A stretch of DNA of 54,296 nucleotides from Octopus bimaculoides (Eukaryota). The stretch lies in contig NC_068990.1 in NCBI RefSeq assembly GCF_001194135.2, positions 63,987,835 through 64,042,130 on the forward strand. The letters run 5' to 3'. Numbering within the stretch: the stretch's first letter is position 1; each line of letters starts with the position of its first letter. The notes beneath the pieces are model-generated. The model had not been told where the DNA came from and did no database searches. It worked only from the letters and a program-made list of their open reading frames with translations. A program made the position numbers and the translations under genes. Below are positions 10,700-21,790 of this stretch, in pieces.

Positions 10700-10816
10700 C
10701 TGGAAGAATTTATAAAGACCAATTGTTCTCTTTCACTGCCTGATGTTGAAGATGACAACACCATTTTTGAATACCTTGTATCTGAGCAGGGAACCTGGCA
10801 ACATTGGTCGGAAAAG
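10700..10816 (+). CDS. DNAH5: Dynein heavy chain exon 3: LEEFIKTNCSLSLPDVEDDNTIFEYLVSEQGTWQHWSEK
   Basis: taattacag|CTG...AAG|gtagaa; 117 bp; TIFEY..GTW.HW motif. Confidence 0.93.
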
Positions 10817-10999
10817 GTAGAATGACTTCTTTTCTTGTTTGTTCAGTTTTGGAGGAGGTGGGTTTTGGGATAAATAAAACATGTATCAGCCATTAGTTGA
10901 CTATTCTTGTTGATGGATTTTGTTGTTATTGGATAATTGCAAACAGTTTTACTTCAGCAAATAACATCAGAAAGGATTTACAGACATTGGGACTCACAG

Positions 11000-11255
11000 A
11001 GGGGGATGACAGGGGAGTGAGACTCCTGGCAGTCTGCTATGTTTGAAAAGACATGTTAAGCTAAGTAAAAGCGTAATGGCTCTTGCATACAGGCTCGTTT
11101 CCTGCAACTCTCTCCAGTTGAGCATCCCTAATCTTGTTTGCTCATAGGTGCTGGTGCCACATAAAAAGCACCCATGCTGGTGCTGCATAAGAACACACTC
11201 AATACACTCTGTAAAGTCGCTGGTATTAGGAAGGGAATCCAGCCATAAAAACCAT
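11000..11255 (+). mobile_element. Old RTE 3' end fragment
   Basis: Decayed ORF2 end (ctggcagtctgctatgtttgaaaagac) followed by UTR motifs. Confidence 0.6.
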
Positions 11256-11331
11256 GTCTATATCTTAGCTATCATAACACCATCAATGAACTATTGCATA
11301 TCATATTGGCATGAGCCATAAAAACCATACA

Positions 11332-11363
<32 letters not shown>

Positions 11364-11447
11364 ATCTTTCTGGTAGACATCTTCATCAGTAAATCATAAA
11401 TCTGAAAGAGAAGCACACACTAACTTATAGAGCAGTAGAGTAATTAG

Positions 11448-11570
11448 ATATAGATAGTTATGGCCAGTCTGTGGGGTTACCCTGGGCCTCATGTCTATAA
11501 AGATGTCATAAAGCTAAGCACTTTATGGACATGAAACCCAGAGTAATCCCATAGACTGGCCATTGCTATC

Positions 11571-11575
<5 letters not shown>
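11448..11575. repeat. Hairpin (palindromic MITE-like) with 55-bp arms and 18-nt spacer
   Basis: atatagatagttatggccagtctgtggggttaccctgggcctcatgtctataaag pairs with ctttatggacatgaaacccagagtaatcccatagactggccattgctatctttat. Confidence 0.85.
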
Positions 11576-11613
<38 letters not shown>

Positions 11614-11734
11614 GTCATTTAATTAGTCAAAGAACTAAAGTCCCTTAAGGAATCCGAGCATCCTATTTATACCAACATTCAGAGAAAAACCAAGTATCTT
11701 AGTTTATCACTGAAATGTTTAGGTATTTGAATAA

Positions 11735-12592
11735 AACTTTTTCAATAAGAAGCTGAAGAAAATGGATAAAAATTTACGTGCTGATGTTTTTATTTAAAGA
11801 TATTCAAATTTATACATAGAAATTCCTACCTACAGCTGTTTCCATACCGAATTCTTTAATTTCAGAAATAAAATTCCATATTGAAACCAGTGAATTGAGT
11901 ATATCTCCAGGGAGAATTTGAAAAGGAAGTTATTTAACAATATGTAGGCTAACCTATGCCAAACTCAGAAGTGTGTGTTTTTTCTGAATGCAAGCATTCT
12001 ATAGTAACCATCATTACCACATATATACAAAAATAAACATATTCAACACATCCTTGCGCATGCCAATATGATATCCAATAGTTCATTGATGGTGTTATGA
12101 TAGCTAAGATATAGACATGATTGTGAGAAAAAGTATGGTAGATAAAACGACTGAATAAAGGAGAATGTTATATATTGATTGTTAAAGAGAGAACAGCTAA
12201 ACACGTCAGTTTGTTGAGCATATGCTTGTCAATAATACTACAGATTAACAAAATATATCATATCAAATTCTACTCAACTCCAACCAAAATTGCTACATCA
12301 ATCAATGTTTATGCAAATACACAATTGATATGTATGAAGTAAACCCAAACAGAACCCACATATTACCAGTTTTTACCTACAGAGTTTGTCCTAGGTTAGC
12401 CTATACATTGTTAAATGACTTCCTTTTGAAATACTCCCTGGTTTCAAATATGGAATTTTATTTCCAAAATTAAAGAATTTGGTATGGAAGTAGCAGCAGG
12501 TAGGAGTTTCTATATATGAATTTGAATGCCTTTAAATAAAAACATCAGTATGTAAATTTTTATCCATTTTCTTCATTTTCTTATTTAAAAAG

Positions 12593-12594
<2 letters not shown>
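11735..12594. mobile_element. Fold-back element with about 215-230-bp terminal inverted repeats (11735-11966 / 12382-12594)
   Basis: Long AT-rich arms align as reverse complements (e.g. gaagaaaatggataaaaatttac / gtaaatttttatccattttcttc); non-coding spacer of about 415 bp. Confidence 0.8.

Positions 12595-12637
<43 letters not shown>
12595..12637. repeat. (TA)n microsatellite
   Basis: Direct reading. Confidence 0.95.
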
Positions 12638-12638
<1 letters not shown>

Positions 12639-13035
12639 CAGCTGCCTGGCTTTCGTGCTAGTGGCCCGTAAATAGCACCATTTGAGTGTAATCGTTACCA
12701 GCGTTGCCTTCTAGCACCTGTGCTGGTGGCACGCTAGAAAATCATTCAAGCGAGGTAGTTGCCAGCACCGCTGGACTGGCTCCCGTGCAGGTGGCATATA
12801 AAAACATCTTTTTGAGCATGGCCATTGCCAGTACCGTGTGACTAGCCCTCGTGCCATCGGCACGTAAAAGCACCCACTACACTCTCGGAGTGGTTGGCAT
12901 TAGGAAGGGCATCCAGCTGTAGAAATTCTGCCAGATCAGATTAGAGCTTGGTGCAGCCTTCTGTCTTGCCAGTCCTCAGTCAAATCGTCCAATCCTTGCT
13001 AGGATTGGAAGCGGACGTTAAACGATGATGATGAT
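12637..13035 (+). mobile_element. RTE 3' UTR with four tandem units of about 65 bp and a (GAT)n tail, next to a (TA)n array
   Basis: Units start at 12655, 12720, 12785 and 12851 (gtgc..gtggcac.taaaa.cacc). Confidence 0.85.
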
Positions 13036-13039
13036 AATA

Positions 13040-13378
13040 TATAAGTTTACTTGTGTTAATGTTTTAATTCTATAACTTTTATGCTTTATTTGTCAAGTTA
13101 CAACTAAAGCAACCAAGCATTCAAAGTTCTCATCCATGGCTCACTTTCTGCACTCATGACGCTTCATCAACCAAGATGAGGTGGAAGCTAAAGTGGAAGA
13201 GTTCTTCGTTTCAAAGAACAAGAAGTAGTATCAACCAGGGATCAAAGAACTAGCAGAAAGGTGACTTCAGACAGTGCAGCACTATGGCCTCTACTTTGAA
13301 TGTGAAGTTGAGTTAGTTGTAACTTGAATAAAGCAAATAAGATGCCAGAATATATTGCAACTTATAACTCAACATGAT
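13040..13378 (+). mobile_element. Internally deleted mariner derivative retaining the transposase C-terminus
   Basis: SMAHFLHS*RFINQDEVEAKVEEFFVSKNKK*YQPGIKELAER*LQTVQHYGLYFE between inverted tgctttatt(tgt)caagttacaactaa repeats. Confidence 0.65.
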
Positions 13379-14188
13379 ATTTTTCTTTCTGTGTTTTAAT
13401 TCTTTGTTTAGTTTTGTAATTAAAAATTTGTTAATATTTTATCTGTTTCATTAAAAATCTTTGATTACTACATTATTTATCATTATAGGATTGCAAGTTG
13501 GAATGTACATAATGCTATATGTTGTGAAGGCTTCTTTATTTTTGTCATGTATTGCTTTAGATGGTATCTGGAAAAGTCATATGATTTGCATATATTAGCA
13601 TATGAATAACAACCAACATAGTGGCACCATACATAATGTGGTGTGGAAAAAAATCAAATTATCTATAAACAGTGCAGATTAAATATTTAACAGTGGTCTA
13701 CATCACACATCCCTCATCTTGCCAGTGCTGATTTAAAACACCACAGATATCCAGTATGTCGGTCAGAGTTGAACTCCAGCTGGATGCCCTTCTTAACACC
13801 AACCACTTTACAGCATCCAGCATACTATGTGAAGTGGTTGGCATTAGAAGGGCATCCAGCTGTAAAAACCATGCTAAATCAGATTGGAGTCTGATGCATC
13901 CCCCTAGCTTGCCAGCTCTGGCCATACTGACCAACCCATGCCAGCATGGACAGTGGACTTTAAACTATGATGATGATTCAAACTATGTATTTCAGGTAAA
14001 AATAAAATATATCTAGCAGAGTGAGCAACTTTTTAAAGACATTAATACCTGCGATGGACTTTATGTGGATTAATGTTATATATTCTTTTGACAAAAAAAG
14101 CATTGAGACAACAAAAAATTTTAAGGCCTATAATTGCATTTGCTTTTTTGGCAATTGATTCAGTTTTTGATTTTTATTATTGTCCTAG

Positions 14189-14329
14189 GTTTCTTCTTAT
14201 ATATACCCACCTGATTCCACACCAGAGTACACAGCTATTTTGGTACCTAATGTAGACAATATCAGAACTGACTTTTTGATTGGTTCCATTTCTAAACAAG
14301 GGAAAGCAGTGCTACTTACTGGAGAACAG
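14189..14329 (+). CDS. DNAH5: Dynein heavy chain exon 4: [47 protein letters not shown]
   Basis: gtcctag|GTT...CAG|gtaggg; 141 bp; [10 protein letters not shown] motif; ends inside the AAA3 Walker A. Confidence 0.95.
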
Positions 14330-14949
14330 GTAGGGATACAAACTGTCATTCATATATAATTGTGTAGCTATCTGTGTATAGTGGTGTGTGTGTGTCTAAG
14401 TATTGGTATATATGTATTACTAGTGTATATACAATGTCTAGGAAATGTAGCATGTGGAATTTTGTATGTCGTATATGCATGATATATATATCTATATAAC
14501 ATAGTAGTAGATGTAATGTATATATGCGGGTGTATGTGTATGAAATTCCTAAATATAAAGGTAATGAACTAACAGAATCTTTAGAGCCTTAGATAAAATG
14601 CTTTGCCATATTTGTTCTGGCTGTCTGTCTTCTGAGATCAAATCTTGCTATGATCAATTTTACCTTTTATCCTTTTGTGAGTTCATAAAAAAAATACCAA
14701 TCCAGAACTGAGGTCAGTTCTCTTTCTGTTTCTCTCTTTCACGCTAGATTGTTCCTGTAATTCAAAGTTCCAGACTTGTCCCATTATGTTACACTGATTT
14801 GGTATGGGAATTGCTATAAGGGTACAACTTTCTGTGGAATTTTCTGCCACTTGCATAGTGAATTCACCCATCACCTCAATATGTATCAGGAAACATTGCT
14901 TGGGTTGTAACTGTGCTGCTCATGACTATATTCATGACTACACTCACAA

Positions 14950-15266
14950 GTGAAGGTGCCTGGCTCAGCAGTTAGAGCACCAGGTTTGCAATCATGAGGT
15001 AGTGAGTTCAATTCCTGGGCCAGGTTGTGTGTTGTGTTCTTGAGCAAGAAGCATTATTTCACATTGCTCCAGTTCACTCAGCTGTAGAAATGAGTTGTGA
15101 CATTACTGGTGCCAAGCTGTATTGGCCTTTGCCTTTCCCTTGGGTAACATCAGTGACATGGAGAGGGGAGGCTGGTATGCATGGGTGACTGCTGGTCTTC
15201 CATAAACAAGCATGCCCAGACTTGTGCCTAGGAGGGTAATGTTCTAAGTGGAATCTTATGGTCATT
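14950..15266 (+). mobile_element. tRNA-derived SINE (group D head and body, 3' module type 2)
   Basis: A box tggctcagcagtt, B box gagttcaattcc, body tgttcttgagcaag...tttcacattgctccag.tcactcagctg. Confidence 0.75.
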
Positions 15267-15322
15267 CTTCTTCTTCTTCTTCTCTTCCTCCTCCTCCTCC
15301 TCCCCGTCCTGCTGCTGCTGCT
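15265..15322. repeat. Compound (CTT)n(CCT)n(GCT)n microsatellite
   Basis: Direct reading. Confidence 0.9.
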
Positions 15323-15692
15323 GGCAACTGAAATGGAAGGATGCCTTCTCAACCCATACGCTGTTGTGGATGGTGCTGGATGACACACTCTGGCAAATAA
15401 TGTTGTTCCACACTTTCCAATCCATGGCTCTGACTTTAGCATGCTCTAGGTTGAAGCGCTGCAAGTTCAGGACTTCTGCAATTTGTTTAACCCACATCTT
15501 CTTTGGTGTTCTCTGCTGGATTCTCCAGTGTATGTATTGCTGCTGCCACAAAAGTTGGTGTGGTAGTTTTCTAGCACTCATACTGGAGACATGGCTAAAC
15601 CTCTATAGCCTTCACTGCCAGACTTTGTCTTCAATGGTCAGCTGCTACTGTCATTGTTCTTAGATGCTGTTTGAGATTTGGTATGTATATAC

Positions 15693-15753
<61 letters not shown>

Positions 15754-16009
15754 TATATATATATTTTTGCACTTATGAACTCACTGCCCACTCAGCCTGT
15801 CTAATCCACTGTACCACTTCACTCTTGCACCTTGAGAGTGTAGCCCAACACATCTTTACAACTATTCTTTCTCTCTCTCACTCTCTCTCTCTTTCTCTCT
15901 TCTCTAACTGAGGAAGTCATGTATCTCCTCTACAACAAGGCACCTGCTTCAATCTCACATTCATAGCTTAACATCTCATAAGCTGACACAAAACTAACTC
16001 CCTCAATAT

Positions 16010-16260
16010 TTATTTCCCTCTTAGTTGAGGAATCTTGTCTTGCAAGTTATTTGGTTACCTCATTGGTGCTGGTGCCCTGTACACTCTGTAAAGTGATTAG
16101 TGTTAGGAGAGGCATCCAGCTTCAGAAACCTTTTCAAAGCAAGCAATAGAGCTTGGCATACTTTTCTAGCTCACCAGCTCCCATCAAACCATCTAACCCA
16201 TGCTAGCATGGAAAAATGAATGTTAAAAGATGATGATGACAATGATGATGATGATGAGGA
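16010..16260 (+). mobile_element. Old RTE 3' UTR fragment with (GAT)n tail
   Basis: tacactctgtaaagtgattagtgttaggagaggcatccagc...catgctagcatggaaaa. Confidence 0.6.
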
Positions 16261-16333
16261 GGAGGTGTGTATGTGTGAATATGTATATTCGTCTATATGT
16301 ATTAGTATGTGCATATATATTAGTGTGTATAAG

Positions 16334-16550
16334 TATTGGCTTCAGGTTTTGGCACAAGGCCAGCAATTTCAGGGAAGGGCAGAAGTCGATTACATTGACT
16401 CCAGTATTCAACTGGTACTTATGCTATCGATTCTGAAAGGATGAAAGGTAAAGTCGATCTTGATGGAATTTGAACTCAGAGCCTAAAGAAGGACAAAATG
16501 CTGCTAAGCATTTTGCCTGGAATGCTAACGATTCTGCCAGCTCGCTGCCT
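16334..16550 (-). mobile_element. SINE group C
   Basis: Reverse complement of gagctggcagaatcgttagc...gagttcaaattcc...ttgtgccaaaa.ctgaa.ccaata. Confidence 0.75.
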
Positions 16551-16747
16551 TGTTTGTGTTTATAAGTATTAGCCTGAAATATAGTCGCAAAAATCACAGC
16601 TAGATCTATAACACAAACAGACTGTTATAATTGGTGTGTAGTAGTAATAGTAGTACAGGAGCATGTGCTGTAACAGTGCATCGTTGCAGCCATCATTTGT
16701 TAGTGATTCCATACTACTAAGTAAAGTTTCCTTCTCGAGTATATACT

Positions 16748-16970
16748 GATGCATAAGGGCTGGTTTTCCTGGTTTCCATGGCATATATGTTCCCCAACTG
16801 GATGGGACACCGGTCTGTCGCAGGATTACTCATTTTTGCCAGCTGAATGGACTGGAGTAATGTGAAAGGAAGTGCTTTGTTTAAGAACACACCATGCAGC
16901 CCAGTCCTGGAATCAAAACCACAATCTTACAATCATGAGTCCAACACCCTAACCACTAAACCACACACCT
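16748..16970 (-). mobile_element. tRNA-derived SINE (group D head and body, 3' module type 3)
   Basis: Same head and body as 14950, then cctgcgacagaccggtgtcccatccagttgggg...catggaaaccaggaaaacc. Confidence 0.7.
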
Positions 16971-17225
16971 TCACTTTTCTGTACTACTCCTGATGGATGA
17001 TTTCACCACTCAAATGGCAACCTTCCAACCCATGTATCTGTTTGGGTGGTTGTTGCCGGTGCAGGTTTTACAAAGTTGGAGTGCAAATTCTACCTTGACC
17101 TCCTTTAGTTGCTTTTTTGACACACAGGAAATGATGGGTCTGCCCTTTGATGTGCTGGTCCAAACACAGCATTTGTGGGGACTGACATGTGGTGTGTATG
17201 TGAGTTGATATAGTGGAATTTGCTT

Positions 17226-17427
17226 AGGCTGCAAACTGGCAGAATCATTAGCATGCTGGGAAAAAAGCTGAGTAGCATTTCGTTCATCTTTACATTCTGA
17301 GTTCAAATTACACTGAGATTGACTGTGCCTTTCATCCTTTAGGGGTTGATAAATATTGTAGTTGAAATAATCGATTTACTCTCTCCTCCAAAATTGCTGA
17401 CCTTGTGTCAAAATTTGAAACCAATAT
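17226..17427 (+). mobile_element. SINE group C
   Basis: ctggcagaatcattagc...ctgagttcaaatt...ttgtgtcaaaatttgaaaccaata. Confidence 0.75.
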
Positions 17428-17536
17428 AGTGGAATTTGGAATTAGCTGTGTGAGTGTTTGCATGTTTGTTTATGCAGTCTTGCTGGTAACTGGGTTTTGT
17501 AACACTCAATAAATTTTGAACTACATCTGTTTGTAG

Positions 17537-17647
17537 GGAACAGCAAAAACTGTTATGATTCAGGGATATTGCAGTAAATACAACCCAGAACAATACCTCT
17601 TCAAGAGCTTCAGCTTCTCCAGTGCCACAACACCTCTTATGTTCCAG
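17537..17647 (+). CDS. DNAH5: Dynein heavy chain exon 5: [37 protein letters not shown]
   Basis: tttgtag|GGA...CAG|gtaatt; 111 bp; completes the GEQGTAKT P-loop; FSSATTP motif. Confidence 0.95.
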
Positions 17648-17930
17648 GTAATTTCTCTATTGACCAATTTGCTCTTTGTTGCTGTCAGAGTGGTTCTTGC
17701 TATTCTTGTTTTAAATTAATAATACATTGTCTCAAAGCCTCAATATTTCAATGACGTGATCGTTATTTTTAGAATAACATTATAGGGTAGGTGTGAGAGG
17801 CTGGATTTCGCCAGTTTGAACATAAAACAGGTAGAATATTTGGGTTGGATATGGCCTGTTTAAATATTAAAAGGTTAAAATAATTATGATGAAACACCAT
17901 AAGGTAATAATAATGATAATTAATAATCTG

Positions 17931-18334
17931 TTACTCTCTTTTACTTGTTTTAGTCATTTGACTGTGGCCATGCTGGAGCACCGCCTTCAGTCAAGCAAAT
18001 CAACCCCGGGACTTATTCTTTGTAAGCCTAGTACTTATTCTATCGGTCCCTTTTGCTGAACTGCTATGTGACGGGGACATAAGCACACCAGCATCGGTTG
18101 TCAAGCAATGCTAAGGGGACAAACACAGACACACAAACACGCACATATATATATATGTACATATATATACAACGGGCTTCTTTCAGTTTCCGTCTACCAA
18201 ATCCACTCACAAGGCTTTGGTCGGCCCGAGGCTATAGTAGAAGACACTTGCCCAAGATGCCACGCAGTGGGACTGAACCTGGAACCATGCGGTTGGTAAG
18301 CAAGCTACTTACCACACAGCCACTCCTGCGCCTA
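17931..18334 (-). mobile_element. tRNA-derived SINE group A (CORE-like body, internal TA/TG microsatellite, (AAAAGAGT)n-like tail)
   Basis: Reverse complement starts taggcgcaggagtggctgtgtggtaag (A box) ... ggttcagtccc (B box) ... atcttgggcaagtgtcttctactatagcctc. Confidence 0.88.
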
Positions 18335-18342
18335 TAACCCCT

Positions 18343-18377
<35 letters not shown>

Positions 18378-18510
18378 GTTATAATAATAGTAAAGCAATC
18401 CAGTCTAGAAGGTATGTGATTTTATGTGGAAACTAAAATTAAATAAATTATATAGAAAAAATCTGTGGACATAAAATTATTCATATAATTTTATTTTGTT
18501 GCAAATGAAG

Positions 18511-18633
18511 CGAACCATTGAGAGTTATGTTGACAAGAGAATGGGGACAACATATGGACCTCCAGCAGGAAAAAAGCTCAGCATCTTTGTTGATGACATC
18601 AACATGCCTATCATCAATGAGTGGGGTGACCAG
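18511..18633 (+). CDS. DNAH5: Dynein heavy chain exon 6: [41 protein letters not shown]
   Basis: atgaag|CGA...CAG|gtaaga; 123 bp; AAA3 Walker B IFVDD. Confidence 0.96.
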
Positions 18634-19215
18634 GTAAGACATAAACATAACTTTACATTGTCTTTTTTGTTTATTATTACTTTTTTTTAACTTAATGGAT
18701 CTGGTGGAAAGAGCAAACTATTATGGTGTTTGCTGACCCTCTGACATCAGTGTGTTTGATACTGTTCGTGTTTCTCTTGAACTGTTGTAAGTCAGCAATT
18801 GCAAGAAACACATGAGCGTAGAGGGAGTTCTGGGAAGGAAGGATTGGACATGGTGACTAGAATGAAGTCTGAGGTTTAAACAAAACAGGAAGGAGGAGTG
18901 GGCTGGAAATACCTGAGTGAAGATTGAATAAGCCCAGGGAACTCAGTAGATCAGGGGCCTTTACAGTAGCGATTTTTGTTGTTGTTTTTTTAGTAGCTTT
19001 AATCAGAACTCGCAAGAAAAGGTGCTTTTTCAATTTTTTGTAAACAGAAAGCTCTTTTATATTATTAGATTTCCAATTAGATAGTAATCTTAATCCATTC
19101 CATAATTTAATTCTGTCATCTTGCTCTCAATTGTCTTTAATGAAAACCTACTTGATTGCAAGCATCCAAGACAGATCTTAATTCTAAGAGAGTCACAAAG
19201 GTTCTGAGAAGAATC

Positions 19216-19252
<37 letters not shown>

Positions 19253-19258
19253 AGAGAA

Positions 19259-19553
19259 CTAAATTCGATGACGTGAAATCGAAATCGAACTAAATTCGAC
19301 AACTGGCACTCATGCCAACGTCGTCTCCTTCATTGGACACGAAACTCAGTTTGCGAAGACTTATTGGTGCAAGCGAAAGCAAAATCGGGATAGCACCTGT
19401 GCCCAGCGTCGCCTTTCTGGCACTTGTGCCCGTGACATGTGTAAGGATTTTCGAGCGAGATCATTGCCAGTGCCCCTGGACTGGCTCTTGTGCGGGTGGC
19501 ACATAAAATACACCATTTTGAGTGTGGCCGTTGCCAGTACTGCATGACTGGTC
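19259..19553 (+). mobile_element. RTE 3' UTR upstream part, running into an assembly gap
   Basis: ttcattggacac.aaactc..tt.gcgaagac block shared with 52700-52740 (reverse strand), followed by units of the 65-bp repeat. Confidence 0.7.
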
Positions 19554-19877
19554 NNNNNNNNNNNNNNNNNNNNNNNNNNNNNNNNNNNNNNNNNNNNNNN
19601 NNNNNNNNNNNNNNNNNNNNNNNNNNNNNNNNNNNNNNNNNNNNNNNNNNNNNNNNNNNNNNNNNNNNNNNNNNNNNNNNNNNNNNNNNNNNNNNNNNNN
19701 NNNNNNNNNNNNNNNNNNNNNNNNNNNNNNNNNNNNNNNNNNNNNNNNNNNNNNNNNNNNNNNNNNNNNNNNNNNNNNNNNNNNNNNNNNNNNNNNNNNN
19801 NNNNNNNNNNNNNNNNNNNNNNNNNNNNNNNNNNNNNNNNNNNNNNNNNNNNNNNNNNNNNNNNNNNNNNNNNNNNN

Positions 19878-19915
<38 letters not shown>

Positions 19916-19974
19916 GTGTGTATATATATTTAGAGAGAAGAAAAGAGCATGAAATTTTGGTTAATTTTTTTCAG

Positions 19975-20217
19975 GTAACTAATGAAATCACACGACAATT
20001 GATGGAAACAAATGGGTTTTTTAACCTGGAAAAGCCTGGAGAGTTTACTACTATTGTAGATATCCAAATGCTGGCTGCCATGATTCACCCTGGAGGTGGC
20101 CGCAATGACATACCTGAAAGACTCAAGCGACATTTCTGTATTTTCAACTGTACTTTACCATCAAATGTATCAATTGATAAAATCTTCACCACCCTTGGCT
20201 GTGGCCATTTCTGCAAG
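19975..20217 (+). CDS. DNAH5: Dynein heavy chain exon 7: [24 protein letters not shown]...[17 protein letters not shown]...GCGHFCK
   Basis: ttttttcag|GTA...AAG|gtaaaa; 243 bp; [13 protein letters not shown] motif. Confidence 0.96.
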
Positions 20218-20399
20218 GTAAAATATTGTTTTAATAATTAAATTCTATTTGAATAACCTGTTGCTGAAAAGATGGAAGCCTGCACTGTGCTTTTGGTATG
20301 GTTTCTGGACGCTCTTCCTGATACCAACCATAGAGTGTACTTACTGAGTGATTTTTCTATGATACTAGCACAGGTGATGTCTTGATGGTAATTCGTTCA

Positions 20400-21790
20400 C
20401 AATGACTGGCTTTTGAGCAGCCATTATGAATCTATCCATTTCTTTCTTAAGTTCTTCATTCTTCAGCCATATCCAAGACTCCTCTGCTGTGATGTCCTGT
20501 TCAAATGAGATGTTGTCCATGTAGTCCTTTTCCCCTGACATTTCTTCCTCACTCCTGTTTTCTTCTTTTCTTGTATTCCATTGCCATCTCCACAGCTTCT
20601 TTCTCCTCTCCTCTAGCAGCTAAAATCAGACTTTCTGTGTTATTTCCCACATACTCTTTTATTTGGTTTTTGGCAAGAAAGTAATTTCGTTTCTCGCAAA
20701 TAGATAGAGTTATGATTATGTTGAATGATTTTTGTCACTGTTATGATTTTTCCCTTGACATTTGACAGCCATTACTTTTAGCTTATTTTCGAAGCAAATT
20801 GTGTGTAATTTTGCTTACAGCTCAGTGTCAATTTTAACATGGAGTGCAGAAACAAATATTTTTGCCATATTTTGATTTTTTATTTCTGTAAAGGCAGCAA
20901 AAAGGCTGCTGAGGCTCATAAAAAGATATGTGAAGTTTATGGTGTTGATTGCTTAACAGAATGCACATGTCAGGATTGGTTTAAAAATTCTGTTCTGGAG
21001 ATTTTTCACTCAAAGATGACCAATATTCTGGTTGACTAACTGAAGTTGATGATGACCAAATCAAAGCCATAATTGAATCTGATTGTCATATAACTGTGTG
21101 AGAGATTGCAGAGTGGTTAAATGTATCACACACAACAATTGAAAATCACTTAAAATGTCTTGAACTCGTTAAGAAGCTCAATATTTGGGTTCCACATAAA
21201 TTGAAAGAGATTCACTTAATACAACGAATCAATATTTGTGATATGCATTTCAATCACAATGAAATCAACCTTTTTTCTTCTCCATATTTCTAGCATCTCA
21301 CATATATCTATTCCAAAATATGTACCAATGTCATCACTCACAACTCAATCAGTCTGAACCAATGAATCTAAAGCTTTCTCAACTTTGGCAAATAATTTCA
21401 GGTCATCCATAAACAGGGAGTGGTTTATTTTCTCATTTCTGCTAAATTCATTGCAAGATTTAGCCTCTCTCAAGGTCAATGAAAGAGGGATAAAAGCAAT
21501 CATGAATAGCAGTGGTGAAAGTGTATCACCTTGGAATATTCCCTTACTTATGCTGACTCCACCTAATCTATCTTCACCTGACGTTAGTTTAATTCACCAT
21601 TTTGGCCACCACTGTTGCTGCCACCTCTGCCATTATCCTCATCAACATTGTTGCCATCATCATCATTATTCAAAAACCATTTCATGCCAATTCAATTTGT
21701 GAGTATGTTATCCTGTGATGTGGTGACAATAAGTTTCTTCAAATCTCAAGAATCTTTCTTAGGATTCTTGCAGATCAACAATACATATCC
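20400..21790 (-). mobile_element. R4/Dong-clade non-LTR retrotransposon remnant, interrupted by a mariner fragment
   Basis: 21600->21280: KGIFQGDTLSPLLFMIAFIPLS...KINHSLFMDDLKLFAK...DDIGTYFGI (RT 4-5). 20550->20400: ESWIWLKNEELKKEMDRFIMAAQ (post-RT region). Confidence 0.75.
20660..21275 (+). mobile_element. mariner transposase 5' half, degenerate
   Basis: HILIFYFCKGSKKAAEAHKKICEVYG...QDWFK, then with frameshift ...EVDDDQIKAIIESD...IWVPHKLKE (WVPHEL motif); ends abruptly. Confidence 0.85.

Noticed and set aside
12655-12880. Regularly spaced repeats of about 65 bp resembling a CRISPR array
   Set aside because: Whole units, including would-be spacers, are homologous; they lie in a LINE UTR, and there are no cas genes.
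14315-17551. Non-canonical Walker A (GEQGTAKT) and Walker B lacking Glu (IFVDD) as signs of a degenerate motor
   Set aside because: Both are the normal AAA3 state in DNAH5-family chains as I recall them; not novel.
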